Below are positions 16,966-25,016 of a stretch of 60,434 bases of DNA, piece after piece. Source of the DNA: Acidimicrobiales bacterium. Its GTDB lineage: Bacteria; Actinomycetota; Acidimicrobiia; Acidimicrobiales; DATDAH01. Made by a program: the position numbers and the translations under genes. Positions within the stretch are counted from its first letter, which is position 1; every line of letters starts with the position of its first letter. The DNA lies in assembly GCA_036525535.1 (NCBI GenBank), contig DATDAH010000160.1:1-60434 (forward strand). The letters are read 5' to 3'. A model generated the notes under the pieces. It made no database searches and had not been told where the DNA came from. It was given only the letters and a program-made list of their open reading frames with translations.

Positions 16966-17790
16966 TCAGACGGGGACGACGAGCGCGATGGTGAGGTCGT
17001 CGTCGACACGACCGGAAACCGTGGGGGTCTGCTGGTCGACGCCGTCGCTGAACACCATGTCGGTGGCCAAGGACGTCCGGGCCAGATTGCTCACGCTCTG
17101 CTCGTACCCCGTGGTGCCGTAGACCTCGTCACAGGCGCCCTCCGGCAGGGCGATCTGTGAGGTGGTCAGCAGGGTGCCGCCGCTGGTGGCCGCGTCCAGG
17201 CTCTCGTACACCTCGAAGTGGATGTGGGGCCAACGCCCGTCGTAGGCCGCGGGGAAGATGCTGGTGAACCGGAGGCGCCCGTCGGCGCCGGCCTCCTGCA
17301 CGCCCCGCAGGTAGTTCTGGTCGGTGACGCCCTCGGAGTAGAGGGAGTAGCCGCCCTCCCGGGTGCAGTGCCACACGTAGACGGTGGCGCCGGGGAGCGG
17401 GGCGCCCGAGCCCGCTTCGACCACGGTCAGGTCGATGGCCAGGGGCACGCCGTCGGCCCTGCCCGTGTAGTCACCGAAGCTGGTGGTGATGTCGGAGCGG
17501 ACGACGCCGCTCTCCGTCAGCACGTTCGGGCCGTTGGAGCCGTCGCCAGGAAACGGCCCACCCGTCTCCTGGGGGATGGCGCTGTCGGTGTCCGCCGCGG
17601 CGACCGCGGACCCGGCGTCGTCACCACCACGGGTGGCGCATCCGGCCAGGGTGACCAGGCCGATCCCGCCGAGGAGCTGCAGGGCCCGACGGCGACCGAC
17701 CAGGACCGGCAGGTCGACGGCCAGGCCCCCGTCGTGGGCCTCGTGATCGTGGGCTTCGTTTTGGTGCATGGAGGAGCACATCAGGTCCAC
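16966..17790 (-). CDS. Intradiol ring-cleavage dioxygenase-like protein with Tat/lipoprotein-type signal
   Basis: RRRALQLLGGIGLVTLAGC signal. YVWHCTREGGYS and GRWPHIHFEV motifs. The start is 17790 (GTG) or 17769 (ATG). Confidence 0.78.
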   Translation of the reverse strand: MDLMCSSMHQNEAHDHEAHDGGLAVDLPVLVGRRRALQLLGGIGLVTLAGCATRGGDDAGSAVAAADTDSAIPQETGGPFPGDGSNGPNVLTESGVVRSDITTSFGDYTGRADGVPLAIDLTVVEAGSGAPLPGATVYVWHCTREGGYSLYSEGVTDQNYLRGVQEAGADGRLRFTSIFPAAYDGRWPHIHFEVYESLDAATSGGTLLTTSQIALPEGACDEVYGTTGYEQSVSNLARTSLATDMVFSDGVDQQTPTVSGRVDDDLTIALVVPV

Positions 17791-17848
17791 CCGCGCGACT
17801 CCCGCAGAGCCGGCTGCGAGGTTCCTGGGAGTCAGGGCGACCGCGTGC

Positions 17849-18892
17849 TCATTCCTCGTCGACGTCCACGACGGCGTCGTTCGGGGGCAGGATCCCTGCC
17901 GCCCGGTCCCGCTTGTCGGCCCGGAGCGAGGCCACGATGGCCGCGGTCAGGACGGCGAAGATGACTCCGAGCGAGACGACCGTGGGCACGTGGATCTCGA
18001 AGGGATCACCGATGAGCAGCATCTTCATCCCGACGAAGGCCAGGATCACGCCGAGGCCGACGTTGAGGTAGCGGAACTTGCCCTGCATGCCGCCCAGCAG
18101 GAAGTAGAGCGAGCGCAGGCCCAGGATGGCGAAGGCGTTCGAGGAGAAGACGATGAAGGTCTCCCGGCTGACGGCCAGGATGGCGGGCACCGAGTCGACG
18201 GCGAAGACCACGTCGGTGGCTTCGATGAGGATCAGGATGGCGAAGAGCGGCGTGGCCAGCCGCTTGCCGTTCTGGACGGTGAACAGCTTCTGGCCGTCGT
18301 ACTCCGGCGTGGACGGCACCAGGCGGCGGACCGTCCGCATGGTGAAGCTCTTCTCGTAGTCCACGACCTCGCTCTCGTCGTGGCGGGCGATCTTCCACGC
18401 GGTGTAGAGCAGGAACGCGCCGAAGACGTACAGGATCCAGTCGAACTGCTCGATGAGCGAGACCCCGGCGAAGATGAATATCCCCCGGAGGACGAGCGCG
18501 CCGAAGATGCCCCAGAAGAGGACCCGGAACTGGTACTGCTTCGGCACGGCGAAGAACGAGAAGATCACGGCCCAGACGAAGACGTTGTCGACCGACAGGC
18601 TCTTCTCGATCAGGAACCCGGCGTAGTACTCGGCCCCGGCCTGACCCCCCTGCCAGGCGAGGATGACCAGGCCAAAGGCCAGGCCGATCGAGATCCACAC
18701 CGCCGACTCGATGGCCGCCTCCTTGATGGAGATGACGTGGGCGGTCTTGTGGACCAGCAGGAGGTCGATGATCAGCATCGCCGTGATGGCCCCGATGAGG
18801 GCGACCCACGCCCAGACGGGGGTGTGGAAGCTGGCGAAGTTCTCGCTGCCCGCCGCGGTGCTGGCCACCAGGGGAGTGAGGACGCTGGTCAT
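17849..18892 (-). CDS. TerC family integral membrane protein (putative Mn/metal exporter)
   Basis: IEKSLSVDNVFVWAVIF and LIEATDVVFAVDSVPAILAV motifs. ATG 18892 follows GAGGAG. Confidence 0.9.
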   Translation of the reverse strand: MTSVLTPLVASTAAGSENFASFHTPVWAWVALIGAITAMLIIDLLLVHKTAHVISIKEAAIESAVWISIGLAFGLVILAWQGGQAGAEYYAGFLIEKSLSVDNVFVWAVIFSFFAVPKQYQFRVLFWGIFGALVLRGIFIFAGVSLIEQFDWILYVFGAFLLYTAWKIARHDESEVVDYEKSFTMRTVRRLVPSTPEYDGQKLFTVQNGKRLATPLFAILILIEATDVVFAVDSVPAILAVSRETFIVFSSNAFAILGLRSLYFLLGGMQGKFRYLNVGLGVILAFVGMKMLLIGDPFEIHVPTVVSLGVIFAVLTAAIVASLRADKRDRAAGILPPNDAVVDVDEE

Positions 18893-18920
18893 GGGGTCTC
18901 CTCGGTCAGACGGGGGTCGT

Positions 18921-19045
18921 CTGCCGAAGGTCTCTCCCACCCGCCGGGAGGCGGGCCGCTCGCCCGGGCGCTGAGGCCGTACTGACGAAACGAGCGTGAC
19001 ACCGGTCCGCCGGGGCGGTCCGAGGCCGGGGATACTCCCCTTCAG
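18921..19045 (-). promoter_or_regulatory. Probable yybP-ykoY (Mn2+) riboswitch in the TerC leader
   Basis: The minus-strand RNA reads CUGAAGGGGAGUAUCCCC....CCCGCCUCCCGGCGGGUGGGAGAGACCUUCGGCAG. It contains the conserved GGGGAGUA element, a GAAGG/CCUUC closing helix, a hairpin immediately 5' of an AGAGACC element, and the classic TerC gene context. Confidence 0.5.
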
Positions 19046-19080
19046 CTTGCGGGCCGAGTCTACGCCCCGCGGATGCCAGA

Positions 19081-20607
19081 GTGACCGGGATGGACACGAC
19101 GACGGGGAGCGTCCCCGGACCGGCGGGCAGGCTGACCCGGGGCCAGGAGAACCGCGCCCTCGTCGCGCTCGCCCTGCCCGTCCTGCTCATCTCGATGGAC
19201 GCCACCATCCTCGGCTTCGCCGTGCCCCGGTTGAGCGAGGACCTCGAGCCGACCAGTGCCGAGCTGCTCTGGATCATCGACATCTACTCCTTCGTGCTCA
19301 GCGGCCTGCTCATCACCATGGGCAACGTCGGGGACCGCATCGGGCGACGGCGGCTCCTCCTCTACGGGGCCGCCGCGTTCAGCGTGGCCTCGTTGGCCGC
19401 CGCCTTCGCCCCGACGCCGCTGGCCCTGATCGGGGCTCGGGCCTTGTTGGGCGTGGCCGGGGCGACGCTGATGCCGTCGACCCTCTCGCTGATCCGCAAC
19501 ATCTTCATGGACGACCGGCGCCGACAGTTCGCGGTCGCCGTCTGGGCCACCATGTTCTCGGTCGGCGCTGTCGTCGGCCCGATCGCCGGTGGCCTCCTGC
19601 TCGAGCACTTCTGGTGGGGCTCGGTCTTCCTGGTGGGCGTCCCCGTGACCACCGCCCTGCTCCTGATCGGCCCCCGGGTGATCCCCGAGTCCCGCGACCC
19701 CGACCCCGGCCCCTTCGACATCCTCAGCTCGGCGCTGTCCATGGCCACCATCCTCCCGCTGGTGTTCGGCATGAAGACGGTGGCCGAGCGGGGTTGGGCG
19801 ACGGTCGTGGCCCCGTCCGTGGTCATCGGCCTCGTCGCGGGCTGGGCCTTCGTGCGCCGCCAGCGCGTCCTGGCCGTGCCGATGATCGACCTGTCGCTGT
19901 TCGCCGTGCCCAAGTTCCGGGTGGCCATCACCGGCAACCTGCTGACGTGCGTCGGCTTCGCCGGCTCGACGTTCTTCGTCACCCAGTACCTCCAGCTGGT
20001 CCTGGGCCTCTCCCCCACCCGGGCCGCCCTGCAGCTCCTGCCGGGGGCGGCCGCCGGCGTGATCTCGACGATGTCGGCGCCGGCCATGACCCGGCGGTTC
20101 GGCACCTTCGCCGTCATCACGACCGGGCTGGCCACCGGGGCCTTGGGCTTTCTCCTCCTGACGCAGCTCACCGTGGGCAGCTCGCTGGTCCCGGTGACCG
20201 TCGCCCTGGTGATCATCGAAGGCGGGCTCTGCGCGGCCATCACCGTGGCCATCGACGCCATCATCAGCTCAGTCCCCCCCGAGAAGGCGGGGGCCGGGGC
20301 CTCGGTGTCAGAGACCGCCAACGAGCTGGGCGTGGCCCTCGGCACCGCGGTCTTGGGGAGCATCCTCACCGCCACCTACCGGCGGCAGCTCGACGACATC
20401 GCCGTCCCCACGGTCACCCTGGACGAGGCCCGCGAAACGCTCGGGGCGGCGCACGTGGCGGCGAGCGACCTCGGTGGGCCGTTGGGTGACGCCCTTCGGT
20501 CCGCCGCCGACGTCGCCTTCACCGACGGCCTCCGGTTGGCGTCCGCGGTGGCCGCCGTCCTCCTGGCCGCGGTCAGCATCGCCAGCTGGCGCGTCTCCCA
20601 CCGCTGA
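19081..20607 (+). CDS. MFS transporter, DHA2/EmrB-like (14-TM type)
   Basis: LPVLLISMDATILGFAVP, GNVGDRIGRRRLLL and LLGVAGATLMPSTLSLI motifs. The start is GTG 19081 or ATG 19090. Confidence 0.9.
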   Translation: MTGMDTTTGSVPGPAGRLTRGQENRALVALALPVLLISMDATILGFAVPRLSEDLEPTSAELLWIIDIYSFVLSGLLITMGNVGDRIGRRRLLLYGAAAFSVASLAAAFAPTPLALIGARALLGVAGATLMPSTLSLIRNIFMDDRRRQFAVAVWATMFSVGAVVGPIAGGLLLEHFWWGSVFLVGVPVTTALLLIGPRVIPESRDPDPGPFDILSSALSMATILPLVFGMKTVAERGWATVVAPSVVIGLVAGWAFVRRQRVLAVPMIDLSLFAVPKFRVAITGNLLTCVGFAGSTFFVTQYLQLVLGLSPTRAALQLLPGAAAGVISTMSAPAMTRRFGTFAVITTGLATGALGFLLLTQLTVGSSLVPVTVALVIIEGGLCAAITVAIDAIISSVPPEKAGAGASVSETANELGVALGTAVLGSILTATYRRQLDDIAVPTVTLDEARETLGAAHVAASDLGGPLGDALRSAADVAFTDGLRLASAVAAVLLAAVSIASWRVSHR

Positions 20608-20613
20608 CCCACC

Positions 20614-20663
20614 GTTCTGGCCCCTGAACCTTGCGGCCCAACGCGAGTTTCAGGGGCCAGAAC
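20614..20663 (+). terminator. Perfect 15-bp inverted repeat (GTTCTGGCCCCTGAA / TTCAGGGGCCAGAAC, 20-nt loop) just after the MFS stop
   Basis: Read directly. There is no U-tract, so its function as an intrinsic terminator is uncertain. Confidence 0.4.
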
Positions 20664-20698
20664 CGATGGGAAGCGGGGTGGGGCTAGCTTCGGCGGCC

Positions 20699-21151
20699 AT
20701 GCGACGGCTCATGGCTCTTCTCCTGTTCGCGGTCCTGCTGGCCGCAGCGTGCGGTGACGACAGTGGGGGCGACGACGCCTCCAGTGACGACAGCTCCGGT
20801 GGTGGCAATCCGGCCGCGGCGGAGGACGTCGACGGTCAGACGTTCGCTTCCATCGGGAGCACCGGCCACGAACTGGTCGCCGACACTGTGGTCAGCCTGA
20901 CCTTCACGGACGGGACCGTCTCGTTCTCGGCCGGCTGCAACAGCATGAACGCCGGCTACGAGCTGACCGACGGGACCCTCGGGCTGACCTCCGAGGTCGC
21001 CGGGACCATGATGGCGTGCCCGCCGGACCTGCAGGAGCAGGACGACTGGCTCTCGGGCTTCATGGCCGCCGGCCCCACGGCCACCATCGACGGTGACGTG
21101 CTCACACTGGTCGGCGGGGACGAGACCCTGGAGCTGGCCGCGGCGTCGTGA
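20699..21151 (+). CDS. META-domain (HslJ-like) lipoprotein
   Basis: MRRLMALLLFAVLLAAAC lipobox. FSAGCNSMNAGYEL...MMACPPDLQEQDDWL is META-like. An alternative ATG exists at 20666. Confidence 0.78.
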   Translation: MRRLMALLLFAVLLAAACGDDSGGDDASSDDSSGGGNPAAAEDVDGQTFASIGSTGHELVADTVVSLTFTDGTVSFSAGCNSMNAGYELTDGTLGLTSEVAGTMMACPPDLQEQDDWLSGFMAAGPTATIDGDVLTLVGGDETLELAAAS

Positions 21152-21375
21152 GCCCGACGCCGACCGGCCTCCCTGGCAAGAGCGGGGTCAGCGGTGGGAT
21201 CGTCACCATCGCCCCCGGCAAGGGTGGCGTGGGCACGTGGTCGCCGCCCCTCGACACGGCCGGCAACAGCGTGCGGGGCCAGGCCCTGACCCACCGCCTC
21301 TCCGAGGACCTCGGCCTGAACCTGTTCGCCTCCGAGGCCTACCGGACGCCCCGAGCGCTAGAGCGAGGCAGGTAG
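21148..21375 (+). pseudogene. Glutaminase (GlsA-type) C-terminal remnant (~70 aa)
   Basis: GLPGKSGVSGGIVTIAPGKGGVGTWSPPLDTAGNSVRGQALTHRLSEDLGLNLF matches the conserved C-terminus of glutaminase A. The ~230 N-terminal residues are absent. Confidence 0.6.
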
Positions 21376-21525
21376 CCGGGCCTCCACCGGGATCCCCAGC
21401 GGACCAGGCGGCGAAGCGCAGCAGCCGGCGACGAGGACGATCACTGCGTAGCAGGACCGGCCTCGGGCAGGGTGCGGGGCTGACGGATGTCTGAGGGCTG
21501 TCGGACTGCGGCGACGCGCCCACCC

Positions 21526-22722
21526 TCACCTCGGGTGGCGAGTCCCTCGAGCTGACGACGGCGTGGTGAGTCCGATCCCGGTCGTCTCGACCGGCGAGCG
21601 GCCCTCGCCCGACGAGGTCCGGCCATCGGCGAGCCGGGCCTCGCGTTCGGCCTCGAACCGGTCGTACAGGGTCACCAGCAGGCTGATGACCAGGGTGAAG
21701 AAGACCAGCGCGCCAGCGTTCAGGTCCTCGCGGGATGCGCGACCGAGGGTTCCGAACAGCCAGAGCAGGCTGGCGTTGACCACGAGCATGGTGAGCAACT
21801 GCGTGCCGGTGGAACGCCACCGGACCCCCCGACCCGTCAGCCAGTGACTCACCGTCGCGTTGGCGACGATCAGCAGGCCGACCCCGACCGCGGTCTGCAG
21901 GGGGCCCCGGTCGATGTCGGGCAGCACCGAGGCGAAGATCACGCAGATGAGACCGATGAGCGCCACCTTCTCGCCGGTCGGCAAGGACAGGATCCCGTCC
22001 CGGGCCCCCTGCGTGTCCGACGGCACCGGCTCGAGGTGGTCGGCGACCCGGACGGTCGTCGGCCAGTCGGGCGTCGGCACCTTGGCCCGCTGGCTTCGCC
22101 ACACCAGGGCGGCGCCGACGACGACCATTGCCAGCAGGCCGACGAACCAGAGGTTCTCGGCTATGGCCTCGCCCCAGGGGGTGGCGACCGGCACACCGAA
22201 CACGTCCTCCTTCATGAAGTCCGTGAAGTCCAGTTGGGCCACGTGGATCCACCACTCCTGCGGGAGCTTGATGACGATCCAGATGAAGGCGGCGAGACCG
22301 ATGAGCCCGCGGCGCGACAGGCGGCGGGGGTCCCACTTCAGCCGGATCGCCTCGTACGCGATGAAGAAGTACTCGAAGGTGTTGGGGAAGACCATCAAGA
22401 GCCACCGGTACCCGAGCAGCTCGAAGGCGACCACCCCGACGAGGCGGTAGTACCAGAGGAAGGCGCCGACGTGCTGCGCCGGGTCGTCGGTCCAGGTCCG
22501 GATCGTGGCCAGGTAGGCCATGGCCAGGTACCAGATGTCGAGGGCCTTGTCGTAGCCCTGGTAGTCGTCCAGAGACAGGTCGGTGGTCTTCTGCAGGATC
22601 GACTGGTCGGCGGCGTCGAGGACGAGGAGGGACAGGATCGTCGGCAGGGGGAAGATCGGGATCAGGAGGGGGAGCACCAGCCGGATCGCGATGATCAGGA
22701 AGACGATCAGCTCGTCGGTCAA
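21526..22722 (-). CDS. Uncharacterised polytopic membrane protein (partner of the DUF3556-like gene)
   Basis: 398 aa with GC3 bias. TTG start 22722 overlaps the upstream stop (TTGA) and lies 6 nt after GAGGAG. No family recognised. Confidence 0.72.
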   Translation of the reverse strand: MTDELIVFLIIAIRLVLPLLIPIFPLPTILSLLVLDAADQSILQKTTDLSLDDYQGYDKALDIWYLAMAYLATIRTWTDDPAQHVGAFLWYYRLVGVVAFELLGYRWLLMVFPNTFEYFFIAYEAIRLKWDPRRLSRRGLIGLAAFIWIVIKLPQEWWIHVAQLDFTDFMKEDVFGVPVATPWGEAIAENLWFVGLLAMVVVGAALVWRSQRAKVPTPDWPTTVRVADHLEPVPSDTQGARDGILSLPTGEKVALIGLICVIFASVLPDIDRGPLQTAVGVGLLIVANATVSHWLTGRGVRWRSTGTQLLTMLVVNASLLWLFGTLGRASREDLNAGALVFFTLVISLLVTLYDRFEAEREARLADGRTSSGEGRSPVETTGIGLTTPSSARGTRHPR

Positions 22723-24422
22723 GCCGGCTCCTCGGCGTGGAGCTCGATCGTGCCCGGCTCGGGCCAGGGCTGGTGGTCAAGGAGGTCGGCCACCACGATG
22801 CGGCCATCGGCGTGGAGGCCGTCGGCGGCATCGACCACCCGCCACTGCAGCCAGGGCTTCCCGACGGGCTGGGACTCGAGGATCAGGACCCGGAGGTCCC
22901 CCGGCGCGAAGCCACACTCGGCCTGGACGGCGGCGAGCAGCTGCTCGTCGTGGAGGTGGCCGTCACCGAAGTTCCAGCCCAGGAGCACCCCCGCGGTGCC
23001 CTCACCCTCGTTGATGTCATAGGCCTCGAGGTCGTCGACCACCGTCGGCAGCACGGCGTTGAGGGCCCGCCCGTGGAGGTGCATCGAGCGGAAGGCCCGC
23101 AGCTTGCCCTGCACCGCCCGGATGGTGTCGTCGTCGTAGAGCAGGGCCAGCTGCTTCGGGATCGTCTTCGCCGTCTTGGTGACCTTCTGGTCCAGGACCT
23201 CGTCGGTCCCGCGCCGGAAGAGCCAGAGGCTGGCCGCCCAGTTGCCCGCGTAGTAACGCATGGCGGGCAGGAACGAGACCTTGTCCGGCCGGAGGCTGCC
23301 GTAGACGGGGCCGACCAGGATGCCCACCGCCAGCGCCACAGCCAGCGACGGGTCGTCGAACACGTCCAACGGGCTGAGCTCGGCGTAGTGCCCGAACAGC
23401 ACGAACATCGAATAGACGAAGAGGACGTTCCACTCGATGGGCACACCCATCGGGAAGCACGACGTGATGAAGAGGTGGAACGACAACATCACGGCCAAGC
23501 CGACGGTCGTGAGCGTGCCGCCGGAGGACACGGCCAGCAGGAGGGGGAAGGCGAACTCGATGACGGTGCCGCCGTGGGCCAGGGCCGCGGCGAGGCCCGA
23601 CGCCCGGAGGTCGTCGGGGTAGTGGCGGTACATGGCCTTCTTCAGCGCCGGCACCCGGAGTACCGGCGAGTTGCTGACCATGATCGTGACCACGTTGGGG
23701 AAGTGGTGGTTGAGCTTGGAGCTGGCCGCCCCCCACCAGATGGCCAGCTGGACGACCATGGCCCCGGCCAGCAGGACGGTGAGGTCGTCGCCCGCCAACG
23801 CGAAGACGATCAGCATCGTCCAGTAGTGCTCGGCCCGGGCGGCCAGGAAGATCGTCTTGTCCCGCAGTCCGAGCACGGCGAGGACGGCGATGATCGGGAC
23901 GAGCAGGCCCTCGTCCAGCACGGCCTCGGAGGAGAGCAGCGCCCGGAGGCACAGCCCGAGGAGGGCGGCGTAGAGCAGAGCATCGACCACGGTGCGCCGG
24001 TGGCCGGCGGTCAGCGGCACCCGGTCCGGGAAGGCCGGAAGGCGCAGGGTGCTGGGGCGCAGGAAGTGGGTCAAGGCCACGATCGGCGGGACGTACCGGC
24101 CGGTCAAGGGCCCACTGCCACAGCCGAGGCCCAGGACCTCGAACAGCATCGTCCAGAGGATCGCCTTCTCGAAGGCGATGGGCGTGGCCCACCAGTCCCC
24201 GATGTCGCTCCATCCCTGGACGTCCGGCGCCCGGCTGACGAGGACGACCCACAGGCAGACGTACACCGCGATCTTGGCGACGTAGAAGCAGTACGCGACG
24301 GCGGGCGCCCCGAAGCCCTGCACGGCCCAGGACTCGCACATGAGGCGAACCCGATCGGCCTCGGGCCGGGCGGCCCAGTCGTCCAGGTCCAGGTCCGGCA
24401 GCGCCGGCTTGATCACGCCCAT
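22719..24422 (-). CDS. Uncharacterised large membrane protein, DUF3556-like (about 10 TM plus a ~170-aa soluble C-terminal domain)
   Basis: 567-569 aa. The start is ATG 24422 (GAGAGGGG upstream) or GTG 24428. The DUF3556 assignment comes from memory of actinobacterial homologs and has not been verified. Confidence 0.78.
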   Translation of the reverse strand: MGVIKPALPDLDLDDWAARPEADRVRLMCESWAVQGFGAPAVAYCFYVAKIAVYVCLWVVLVSRAPDVQGWSDIGDWWATPIAFEKAILWTMLFEVLGLGCGSGPLTGRYVPPIVALTHFLRPSTLRLPAFPDRVPLTAGHRRTVVDALLYAALLGLCLRALLSSEAVLDEGLLVPIIAVLAVLGLRDKTIFLAARAEHYWTMLIVFALAGDDLTVLLAGAMVVQLAIWWGAASSKLNHHFPNVVTIMVSNSPVLRVPALKKAMYRHYPDDLRASGLAAALAHGGTVIEFAFPLLLAVSSGGTLTTVGLAVMLSFHLFITSCFPMGVPIEWNVLFVYSMFVLFGHYAELSPLDVFDDPSLAVALAVGILVGPVYGSLRPDKVSFLPAMRYYAGNWAASLWLFRRGTDEVLDQKVTKTAKTIPKQLALLYDDDTIRAVQGKLRAFRSMHLHGRALNAVLPTVVDDLEAYDINEGEGTAGVLLGWNFGDGHLHDEQLLAAVQAECGFAPGDLRVLILESQPVGKPWLQWRVVDAADGLHADGRIVVADLLDHQPWPEPGTIELHAEEPA

Positions 24423-24474
24423 CCCCACCCCTCTCGACCGCGGCGTTCGTCACCCGGCGGTCGGCCGGATCAGC

Positions 24475-24972
24475 TCACAGGAACTCGGCGGTGGAGCCGC
24501 CCAGCTCGGTGGGCGCCATGCCCAGCTTGCGGTGGTCCCACGTGCGGATCCGGTCCACGTCGACCCGGACCGCCACCCGCTTGTTGAGCATGACCTCGAC
24601 GAAGGGCGCCATCTCCTCGGTGTACGGCCCGTTGTAGCGCTCCCACACGCTGACTCCGACCTTCCAGAGGGCGTCGCGGTCGTCGAGGATCGTGGCCCGA
24701 CCTTCGATGGCGACACCCCGCAGCGTGTCGTAGGTCAGGCCGTCCTCGATCGAGACCGTGATGCGGTCGTCTCGCTTCAGGTTCTGGACCTTCTGGGACT
24801 TGGCCTTGGTCTCGAACCAGACCTGGCCGTCGACGACGGCGTACCACATCGCCACGAGATGGGGCTGGCCGGTGGGGCCGACTGTCGCCATGGTGCAGGT
24901 GCGGCTCCGCTCGATGAAGGAGGTCACCTCCTCGTCGGTCATGGCGATCTTGCTGCGCTCGTTGGTTCCCAT
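24475..24972 (-). CDS. PPOX-class (pyridoxamine 5'-phosphate oxidase fold) probable F420/FMN-dependent oxidoreductase
   Basis: TCTMATVGPTGQPHLVAMWYAVVDGQVWFET...RVAVRVDVDRIRTWDHRKL. Confidence 0.82.
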   Translation of the reverse strand: MGTNERSKIAMTDEEVTSFIERSRTCTMATVGPTGQPHLVAMWYAVVDGQVWFETKAKSQKVQNLKRDDRITVSIEDGLTYDTLRGVAIEGRATILDDRDALWKVGVSVWERYNGPYTEEMAPFVEVMLNKRVAVRVDVDRIRTWDHRKLGMAPTELGGSTAEFL

Positions 24973-25016
24973 CGTCGTTCCTCTGCTTGGCGTCCCGCGT
25001 GGAATGGTGACAGACC

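Noticed and set aside
14875-17160. 761-aa ORF on the plus strand, the longest-looking ORF in this area
   Set aside because: It is antisense to the M1 peptidase, which has clear HExxH/GxMEN motifs. The translation is Arg/Gly/Val/Asp-rich with low complexity and no motifs, which is typical of a high-GC shadow ORF.
21518-21540. Short stem (CCACCC/GGGTGG) overlapping the stop of the 398-aa membrane protein gene, as a terminator
   Set aside because: The stem is only 6 bp and imperfect beyond that. There is no U-tract, and it is indistinguishable from chance in GC-rich DNA.
22737-24587. 616-aa plus-strand ORF
   Set aside because: It is antisense to the DUF3556-like membrane protein. Its composition is a G/R/D/E/V-rich shadow frame, with no motifs and no SD.
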